Positions 11,886 to 20,852 of a stretch of 64,000 nt of DNA are shown here, piece by piece. The stretch covers positions 24,986,001-25,050,000 of the forward strand of contig OZ024757.1 in assembly GCA_964016885.1 (NCBI GenBank), written 5' to 3'. Every line of letters starts with the position of its first letter. Within the stretch, counting starts at the first letter, position 1. The position numbers and the translations under genes were made by a program. Source of the stretch: Eledone cirrhosa (lineage: Eukaryota). The notes under the pieces are model-generated. The model had not been told where the DNA came from. It searched no databases and worked only from the letters and a program-made list of their open reading frames with translations.

Positions 11886-12090
11886 GTTTCTTATATAGGC
11901 ACAGGGCTTGCAATTTGGGGGGAGGGGAAAGTCAATTAAATTGCCCCCAGTGCATTACTGGCGCTTTATTTTATGAACCCCGTAAGGATGAAAGGCAAAG
12001 CTAATCTTGGCAGAACATAAAGGGCTATAACTATATGCCACAAAGCATAGTGTATGACGCTCTACCGATACTGTCAATCCACCGCCCTAA
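11655..12090 (-). mobile_element. Two tandem SINE family A copies separated by (AAT)n
   Basis: Reverse complements of 672-866 at about 11655-11843 and 11885-12090. Confidence 0.8.
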
Positions 12091-12135
12091 TAATAATAAT
12101 AATAATGGTTTCATTTATTGACCACAAGGGCCGCC

Positions 12136-12183
<48 letters not shown>

Positions 12184-12241
12184 AAATCTGATGCAATTTG
12201 AGCTTGTAAACATTTTTGTATAACAACCTAACATATCTTAA

Positions 12242-12432
12242 CGGCGGGGAATTGGCAGTATCGGTAGAGCATCAAACACCATGCTTTCGAGCATAGTTAC
12301 GTCCCTTTGCAATCTGAGTTCAAATCTTGCCGAGGTCAACTTTGCCTTTCATCCTTACGGGGTCGATAAAATAAAGTACCAGTAAAGAACTGGTGTAATT
12401 GCTGGCCTTGTGCCAAAAGTAGAAACAATTAT
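12242..12432 (+). mobile_element. SINE family A copy
   Basis: Colinear with 672-866. Confidence 0.85.
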
Positions 12433-12610
12433 ATCTTAATGGATAGTATGGACATAATAGAGATGATATTCTTCATGATCTGGTAACTAAGAACAATCAA
12501 ACTATATGATCCTGCTGAGGGTGAAAGCAGAAATTCATTGCTTAATCTTTTAATCTGTGCCAATTTCCGATTCCGCCCTGTCCCTTCAATCTCTCTAATT
12601 TCTCATTCTT

Positions 12611-12646
12611 TCTTCTGATGAAGGACTAGCGTCCGAAACGTTAAGA
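12611..12646 (+). ncRNA. Minimal type-I hammerhead ribozyme motif (Penelope-like element LTR type)
   Basis: TCTT-CTGATGA-A-GGAC-TAGC-GTCC-GAA-ACGT-T-AAGA: core CUGAUGA/GAAA, stem II GGAC/GTCC, palindromic stem III ACGT, stem I TCTT/AAGA. Confidence 0.7.
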
Positions 12647-12729
12647 CCCGCTTCCTGCTATATCAAGCATTAACCTCATATATACCTTCCATATACTGTA
12701 CCGATTGTGTTGTTATTTCTGTTTACCTT

Positions 12730-12902
12730 ATACATACACACAGACATATATATATATATATATATATATATTATGTATATACACATACATCTATACCTAC
12801 ATAAATGTGTGTGTATATATGTATATGTATATATATATATTTATATATATATATATATTATGTATATACACATACATCTATACCTACATAAATACGTGTG
12901 TA

Positions 12903-12940
<38 letters not shown>

Positions 12941-13031
12941 GTATATACACATACATCTATACATACATAAATACGTGTGTATATATATGTATGTATATAT
13001 ACACACGTATTTATATAGGTATAGATGTATT

Positions 13032-13104
<73 letters not shown>

Positions 13105-13144
13105 TATATATGTACACTCATATAAATATATATATATATATATA
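12730..13144. repeat. (TA)n/(CA)n compound microsatellite; a similar tract lies at 9755-10130
   Basis: Directly visible. Confidence 0.95.
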
Positions 13145-13968
13145 CTAGCAGCAGTACCCAGCGTTGCCTGGGTAGGTAAAATAATATCTGCTTTGATGAA
13201 AAGGTGTTGATCTTAGCGGCTGCTTCTCGATGACTCATCTATGGCCACACACAGGATATGCGGTGGAGGGGGGTGATGACCTCTATCAGTGAGAAACGCG
13301 GGTGACTGACGAAGGGGCATGCTGGGGGAGGGAGGTAATGACCTCTAACACTAAGCCATTTCCTCACGCTACTTGATTGGAAACCGATGAATTCTCAAAT
13401 ACACAACTAAAAGCTCAGACGACGTCAGTGGCCATCGTTTTGCCTTTGACCATCTATAAGATGTGCAATGATAGGTTTTATTGTAGTACAAAAGTTGAAC
13501 CAAATAAATTGATTTATGTGTGAGGTGGAGCCGAAGTTTCGAATTTGAACGAAATCGGTTGATTAATGTGGGAGCTAGAGCCGAAAAAGTGGAAATTTGA
13601 GTCTAAAAGTGGTAATTTTGAATATTTAAGCGGCTGCCACGCCGTCCCTGAATAACAAATGCAAAATATAAAGCCATTACAGGATGTGCAATGATAAATT
13701 CTATTTTGCTTTAAAATTTGAACGAAATCGGTGGCAAAATGTGGGAGCTAGAGACAAAAATCTTATTTTTCGATACCTAAAAAAGGGTGACCCCCCCCTA
13801 TCGATTTTTATCTGCAGCATGACCCCGGAATAAAAAAAAAAGATACCCTGATATATAGAAAACACTCCCCGATGACTAATCTATGAACCTGTAAAGTTTC
13901 ATGAAAATCGGTCGTAAGATGTAGGCCCCCATAGGTGACACAGACACACACTTAATTTTATATATATA
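13145..13968 (-). mobile_element. Non-autonomous Helitron
   Basis: Minus-strand 3' end is the hairpin ACCCAGGCAACGCTGGGT followed by ACTGCTG-CTAG|T. The 5' region TATATATATAAAATTAAGTGTGTGTCTGTG is typical, although the terminal TC is not intact. Confidence 0.72.
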
Positions 13969-14044
13969 CTTAAGGTAAATATTGATGCAATTCAAATCAA
14001 GAACTCAACGTTCTTTTCCCACATACGAATGACGGAGTATATTT

Positions 14045-14439
14045 AGAATAAGAAAATGCGTAGTAGTTTCAGATGTTAAACTCCTTTATTGATAATGCTG
14101 TGATACGTATTTCAATGACTCCAGTAGCCACATGATTCCGTGTACATTCCAGTGCTGTGACATCATCAGACAGCTTCTTATGTAATAAGGTTACGTTCCC
14201 GAGGCAATCCAAAAAGAAACGACAAGGGAACGATTCAAGAACACACGCCTTGTCCGTTCCCTTGTCGTTTCTGTTTGGATTGCCTCGGGAACATAACCTT
14301 ATTACATAAGAAGCTGTCTGATGATGTGACGGCACTGGGTACACAGAATCATGTGGCGACTGTCGTCATTGAAATACGTATCACAGCATTATCAATAAAG
14401 GACTTTAACATCTGAAACTACTTCGCATTTTCTCATTCT
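14045..14439. mobile_element. About 395-bp fold-back (MITE-like) inverted repeat
   Basis: Arms of about 190 bp are reverse complements with scattered mismatches, e.g. TGCGTAGTAGTTTCAGATGTTAAA vs TTTAACATCTGAAACTACTTCGCA; loop near 14242. Confidence 0.88.
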
Positions 14440-14570
14440 CTCGCTTTCTCTATATATATAACCGGATTTTTTAAATAAATTGAACTGAAAGCCAACAGGT
14501 GCGTGTGTTTTCATTGGCATTATGACACCCCCCTCCCACCAAAGTATAACAATATATATATATAGTTGCA

Positions 14571-14613
<43 letters not shown>

Positions 14614-14653
14614 ACTACAAAAATGGTACATTACATATATACCTAGGTATGTA

Positions 14654-14689
<36 letters not shown>

Positions 14690-14849
14690 GACAAAAATGG
14701 TATGTGCAAGCGATATGTGGTCCTATGAGCTATCAAGCAAGGCAAGTGATGCTGAACAATAATTGAATGGAGCCGTGACTATTGCAATAGCCCATGCTAG
14801 CTCGGGAAGCAAACATAATAATAATACGTGGCCACCAATAATAATAATA

Positions 14850-14951
14850 ATTGTGTCTACGTTAGGCACAAGGCCAGCAATTACCCAGTGTATTACTGGT
14901 ACTTTATTTTATCGACCCCCGTAAGGATGAAAGGCAAAGTTAACCTCGGCA
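14850..14951 (-). mobile_element. Truncated SINE family A
   Basis: Tail and core present; the head is cut off at TAACCTCGGC, just upstream of the LINE region. Confidence 0.75.
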
Positions 14952-15140
14952 ATGATGAGACAGAGAGAGAGACGCCGTGAGAAAAACAAACTGAAAAAGC
15001 CCTTAATGGGACATGAAAAGAATATTTCTAAGGGAGATAACTCCCAAGAAAATATAAAACAAGGTTTTAAAAAATTAATAAGGGAGGTAAGTAATAGATA
15101 TTTTTAAGACAATGAGAATGTTCTCCCTTAATAATACAGA

Positions 15141-15312
15141 CACAACCCTAGCCTACAGGCGCAACCCTAGATTACAGGCGCGACCCTAGCTTGCAGGCGC
15201 GACCCTAGCTTGCGGACGCGACCCTAGCTTGCGGACGCGACCCTAGCTTGCGGACGCGACCCTAGCTTGCAGACGCGACCCTAGCTTGCGGACGCGACCC
15301 TAGCTTACAGAC
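15141..15312. repeat. 19-bp GC-rich minisatellite, about 9 copies, abutting the LINE ORF
   Basis: Unit GCGACCCTAGCTTGCGGAC. Confidence 0.95.
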
Positions 15313-18196
15313 ACTTGGAAGCCGAGGTGAAAGTGAAAAATTTCAAAGCCATCCGTGCTGATCACGCTGGCAGAAGAAAGGGTGGGACTGCCATTTATGT
15401 CCATAATTCTTTCTCAACAGAGGCTATGAACATATTCACTAATGGATACTGCGAGGCAGTCACTGTATTCAGTCAAACCAACAACCTAATAGTAGTTGGG
15501 CTCTATAGGCCACCCCAAACGCCTGTACCATGCTTCAAGGAATGCCTCAACAGCATAAAGTGTTTCATCCAAGAGTGTCACCCTGACAACATCTTAATGA
15601 TGGGGGACTTCAACCTCCCCGGAGTTGACTGGTCCACAAACAGCCTGCCACCAGGTTCTTCTGCCTCAACCTCTGACAGGAAAGCAGTGGAATCGCTTCT
15701 TGACTTCATGGATGATTTCTTCCTATCCCAACTGGTGCTCGAACCAACGAGGTGCCACAAAAACGTCCTAGACTTAATTTTCAGCAATCACACTGACAAT
15801 ATCCACAATATTGCAGTGGAGAAAACTCTACTCTCTGATCATGACATGGTTCTCTATGATCTGAGATTCCACCGTCCAATATACAAACCCAATGTCATCT
15901 CTCCTGTCCATCCGTTTGACGCTATGGATTTCCACAATGCAAACTGGGAAGCGATCAGTCATGATCTTGTACATGTCGACTGGTCCTTCACGCACACTCA
16001 TACACCCACTAACATCAAAAAGTCCTGGCAGACATTTGTGGACACTGTTACAAACATATGTGCAAAACACACCCCATTAAGAACTATAAACAAATCTAAG
16101 AGCAGAATCCCTAGAAATAGAAAAACGTTCATCAGAAAAATTAAGAGAACGAACAAAAAAATCAACAAGCTGAAATACTGTCAGCAGCAACACATCAACT
16201 TGACTGCCATTTCATCACTAGAGATTAAAAAACATAACCTCCAAAACAACATAATGTCTCTCATCAATAATCAGAGAAGAGCTGAAGAGGCCTGGGCCAT
16301 TGAGAAGATCAAACTCAATCCCAAAGTGTTCTTTTCATTTGCAAAAAAAGACAAAATCACTGGCTCTACTGTTGGCCCTCTAATTGATGAAAATGGCACT
16401 CTTCAAGACAATGCTAAAACCATGGGTGAGATACTGCAGAAACAATACTGCTCTGTTTTCAGCAATCCTGATATGGCCGATCTGGGCTGTATCGGCGATG
16501 TTACTCCCCATTACACCTTATCGGACATAACGTTTGGCGCCCCTGATGTCTTAGCGGCAATAAAGGAAATCAAGCATAATTCAGCAGTAGGTCCCGATAG
16601 GTTCCCTGCTTGTGTCTTGAAGGTGTGTCAACACCAACTTGCATCTCCTCTTGCCAATCTGTGGCGGAACTCACTGGATGCTGGATATGTGCCAGAAAAC
16701 CTTCTATCCCAGTCTGTTGTCCCAGTTTTCAAAAAAGGAAACAAATCCCTTGCCGTGAATTACCGTCCAATCTCACTCACCTCTCATATCATTAAGGTAT
16801 TTGAGAGAGTGGTGAGATCGCGAATGACCCACTTCCTTGAGAGTAACAATATGCTGAACTCCAACCAGCATGGATTCCGTAATGGAAGGGATTGCCTGAC
16901 GCAGCTACTGCATCACTTTGATGACATTTTGAGAGCCTTGGGAGAGGGTTCCAACACTGATGTTATCTACCTTGATTTCAGCAAGGCCTTTGACAGGGTT
17001 GATCATAACATTCTACTGAGAAAACTGTCCAATATTGGTGTCACTGGAAAGCTGCTGCGGTGGATCAAGAGCTTCCTGTCAAACAGAACCCAACATGTTG
17101 TAGTTGAAGGAGTCAAATCCAGCCCAGCCAAAGTCAGTAGTGGGGTCCCACAAGGCACTGTGTTGGGCCCACTTCTCTTCATCATCTATATTAATGACAT
17201 CATCAAACACAGCAACATTAAAATTTTCGCTGATGATTCCAAGCTCCAAAAGGTCATCAATGGCGTGGATGACCGGATAAGCCTTCAGTCAGACCTACTG
17301 GCTGTTACCCAATGGGCAGAAAAGAACAACATGTTACTGAATGAAGACAAATTCGAACTGATCCACTTTGGAAAAGAGGATGCTCTGAAACTCCCGTACT
17401 CCCTTCCCTCCGGGGAAACTCTCGTGGCATCTAACAACATCAGAGACTTGGGAGTAACCGTGGACAGCAACATAAGCTGGGCCACGCATATAAGCAGCAA
17501 AGTTGACATGGCCCGCAGAATGAGTTCCTGGATCCTCAGAACCTTCCAGTCGAGAGATTCCCACACCATTATCCTTCTCTTCTCTACTTTTGCCCGACCA
17601 CACCTTGAATACTGTTGTCCACTGTGGTCTCCCCACACGAAACAAAGTATCAAGAAACTTGAAGCTCCTCAAAGGGCAATCATGAAAAAGATAGATGGCA
17701 TGTCAGACCTTGACTACTGGGGTCGACTAGAAAAGCTGAAACTTTACTCACTCCAACGTCGCCGTGAGCGTTATATTATCTGCATGATGTGGAAAATGTT
17801 CCATCATCACTGCCCAAATGATGTTGGCATCGCCTTCAAGATACACCCAAGGCTTGGGCCCCGTGCTATCCGTCCCATACAAAAATCTAAATCGCAACTC
17901 ATAATAACAATACGGCACAATTATTTCACCTCAATTGGCCCTGCTCTCTTCAACATCACACCAGGACACGTCAAAACAGAAACTGACCACACAAAATTCA
18001 AGAAGTCTTTGGACAAATTCCTCCAAGTAATCCCGGACAAACCACCCACACCCGGATATGTCTCCGTAAACAGTAATTCTCTTCTCGAATGGGCCATGGT
18101 GCCCAAATCCTGAATTGAAAGACTTCGCCAGGTGGTGCTATTAAGTTAGACATGGCCTGGGCCAAAACATTTCAAAGTTATTCAAAGTTAAAGTTA
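15312..18196 (+). mobile_element. CR1-group LINE copy including short 3'UTR and tandem tail
   Basis: The ORF is followed by about 55 nt of UTR and a TTCAAAGTTA-TTCAAAGTTA-AAGTTA terminal repeat, typical of CR1/L2-group tails. Confidence 0.88.
15315..18113 (+). CDS. CR1/L2-group LINE ORF2: APE endonuclease (N-terminally truncated) plus reverse transcriptase
   Basis: 932 codons with no stops. APE motifs GGTAIYV, LYRPP, MGDFN, LDLIF, SDH; RT motifs NYRPISLTS, QHGFR, YLDFSKAFD, GVPQGTVLGP, FADD, RDLGV; C-terminal RPHLEYC and LQRRR. Confidence 0.95.
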   Translation: MEAEVKVKNFKAIRADHAGRRKGGTAIYVHNSFSTEAMNIFTNGYCEAVTVFSQTNNLIVVGLYRPPQTPVPCFKECLNSIKCFIQECHPDNILMMGDFNLPGVDWSTNSLPPGSSASTSDRKAVESLLDFMDDFFLSQLVLEPTRCHKNVLDLIFSNHTDNIHNIAVEKTLLSDHDMVLYDLRFHRPIYKPNVISPVHPFDAMDFHNANWEAISHDLVHVDWSFTHTHTPTNIKKSWQTFVDTVTNICAKHTPLRTINKSKSRIPRNRKTFIRKIKRTNKKINKLKYCQQQHINLTAISSLEIKKHNLQNNIMSLINNQRRAEEAWAIEKIKLNPKVFFSFAKKDKITGSTVGPLIDENGTLQDNAKTMGEILQKQYCSVFSNPDMADLGCIGDVTPHYTLSDITFGAPDVLAAIKEIKHNSAVGPDRFPACVLKVCQHQLASPLANLWRNSLDAGYVPENLLSQSVVPVFKKGNKSLAVNYRPISLTSHIIKVFERVVRSRMTHFLESNNMLNSNQHGFRNGRDCLTQLLHHFDDILRALGEGSNTDVIYLDFSKAFDRVDHNILLRKLSNIGVTGKLLRWIKSFLSNRTQHVVVEGVKSSPAKVSSGVPQGTVLGPLLFIIYINDIIKHSNIKIFADDSKLQKVINGVDDRISLQSDLLAVTQWAEKNNMLLNEDKFELIHFGKEDALKLPYSLPSGETLVASNNIRDLGVTVDSNISWATHISSKVDMARRMSSWILRTFQSRDSHTIILLFSTFARPHLEYCCPLWSPHTKQSIKKLEAPQRAIMKKIDGMSDLDYWGRLEKLKLYSLQRRRERYIICMMWKMFHHHCPNDVGIAFKIHPRLGPRAIRPIQKSKSQLIITIRHNYFTSIGPALFNITPGHVKTETDHTKFKKSLDKFLQVIPDKPPTPGYVSVNSNSLLEWAMVPKS

Positions 18197-18231
18197 TATA
18201 TATATATATAATTGTTTCTACTTTAGGCACA

Positions 18232-18820
18232 ATAATATAATATAATATATTATATTATATTATAATATAATATAATATAATATTATATTTTAATATTAGA
18301 TTATAGTATATTAGATTATAATATAATATAAAAATATATTATATTATATTATATTAAAATATATTATATTATATTAAAATATAATATATTATATTAAAAT
18401 ATAATATAATATATTAATTAAAATATAATATTATATTATATTAAAATATTATATTATATTAAAATATATTATTATTTTATATTAAAATATATTATTTTAT
18501 ATTATATTATAATATAATATAATATTATAATATAATATAATATAATATAATATTATAATATAATATAATATTATAATATAATATAATATAAAATTATAAT
18601 ATATTATAATATAATATAATATTATAATATAATATAAAATTATAATATATTATAATATAATATAATATTATAATATATTATAATATAATATAATATTATA
18701 ATATATTATAATATAATATAATATAATATAATATAATATAATATATTATAATACATTATAATATTATATTATATTATAATATTACATCATATTATATTAT
18801 AATATAATATAATATAATAT
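18232..18820. repeat. (TAATA)n-like almost pure A/T low-complexity tract
   Basis: About 590 bp with almost no G or C. Confidence 0.95.
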
Positions 18821-20598
18821 ATGTGGTCCTGGATGTATGTATTACCTGCTTTTGTGTTATATGTGGTCCCGGATGTATGTATTACCTGCTTGTGTTGTAT
18901 GTGGTCCTGGATGTATGTATTACCTGCTTGTGTGTTGTATGTAGTCCTAGATGTATGTATTACCTATTTGTGTGTTGTATGTAGTCCCGGATGTATGTAT
19001 TACCTGCTTGTGTGTTATATGTGGTCCCGGATGTGTGTATTACCTGCTTCTGTGTTGTATGTAGTCCTAGATATGTCTATTACCTGCTTGTGTGTTTTAT
19101 GTAGTCCTCGATGTGTGTATTACTTGGTTGCGTGTTGTATGTGGCCCCAGATGTATGTATTACCTGGTTGCGTGTTGTATGTATTATCTGCTTGTGTGTT
19201 GTATGTGGTCCCGGATGTATGTATTACCTGCTTGTGTGTTGTATGTGGTCCTAGATGTATGTATTACCTACTTGTGTGTTGTATGTGGTCCTAGATGTGT
19301 GTATTACCTGCTTGTGTGTTGTATGTGGTCCTGGATGTATGTATTACCTGCTTGTGTGTTGTATGTGGTCCTGGATGTGTGTATTACCTGCTTGTGTGTT
19401 GTATGTGGTCCTGGATGTAAAATATTACCTATTTGTGTGTTGTATGTAGTCCTGGATGTGTGGATTACCTGCTTGTGTGTTGTATGTGGTCCTCGATGTA
19501 TGTATTACCTGCTTGTGTGTTGTATGTGGTCCTGGATGTATGTATTAGCTGCTTCTGTGTTGTATGTAGTCCTGGATGTATGTATTACCTGCTTGTGTGT
19601 TTTATGTGGTCCCGGATGTGTGTATTACCTGCTTGTGTGTTGTATGTAGTCCTATATGTATGTATTACCTGCTTGTGTGTTGTATGTAGTCCTATATGTA
19701 TTACCTGGTTGCGTGTTGTATGTGGTCCCGGATGTATGTATTACCTGCTTGTGTAGTTTATGTCGTCCTAGATGTGTGTATTACCTGCTTGTGTGTTGTA
19801 TGTGGTCCTGGATGTATGTATTACTTGCTTGTGTGTTGTATGTGGTCCCGGATGTGTGTATTACCTGCTTGTGTGTTGTATGTAGTCCTCGATGTATGTA
19901 TTACCTGCTTGTGTGTTGTATGTAGTCCTCGATGTATGTATTACCTGCTTGTGTGTTGTATGTGGTCCCGGATGTGTGTATTACCTGCTTGTGTGTTGTA
20001 TGTAGTCCTATATGTATTACCTGGTTGCATGTTGTATGTGGTCCCGGATGTATGTATTACCTGCTTGTGTGTTTTATGTCGTCCCAGATGTATGTATTAC
20101 CTGCTTGTGTGTTGTATGTGGTCCTAGATGTATGTATTACCTGCTTGTGTGTTGTATGTGGTCCTGGATGTATGTATTACCTGCTTGTGTGTTGTATGTG
20201 GTCCTGGATGTATGTATTACCTGCTTGTGTGTTGTATGTGGTCCCAGATGTATGTATTACCTGTTTGTGTGTTGTATGTGGTCCCAGATGTATGTATTAC
20301 CTGCTTGTGTGTTGTATGTGGTCCTGGATGTATGTATTACCTGCTTGTGTGTTGTATGTGGTCCTGGATGTATGTATTACCTGCTTGTGTGTTGTATGTG
20401 GTCCTGTATGTATGTATTACCTGCTTGTGTGTTGTATGTGGTCCTGGATGTATGTATTACCTGCTTATGTGTTATATGTGGTCCTGGATGTATGTATTAC
20501 CTGCTTGTGTGTTATATGTGGTCCTGGATGTAAAGTATTACCTGCTTGTGTGTTGTATGTAGTCCTCGATGTGTGTATTACCTGCTTGTGTGTTTATG
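18821..20598. repeat. 40-bp minisatellite, about 44 copies
   Basis: Unit ATGTGGTCCTGGATGTATGTATTACCTGCTTGTGTGTTGT; shorter arrays at 33917-34240 and 59247-59540. Confidence 0.97.
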
Positions 20599-20852
20599 TA
20601 CATTCTTCGGTATATATATATGAGTCACGGTTTATTACACATTGGAGACACAGAGAGAGAGAGTTGAAACGAAAGGTGAGAGAGAGAGTTGAAACGAGAG
20701 GAGAGAGAGAGAATTGAAACGAGAGGAGAGAGAGAGTTGAAACAAGAGAGAGGGAGATGATACAAGAGGGTGAGGGGAGAGAGAGAGGAAGAGAGTCTAT
20801 GTATTGTACAGAGCTATTTAATTACATAATAAACAACAGAATATAATTATTC

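Noticed and set aside
18821-20717. Cys/Val/Tyr-rich ORFs resembling metallothionein or keratin-associated proteins
   Set aside because: The 40-bp unit is not a multiple of 3, so all frames cycle through the same peptide; a repeat artefact.
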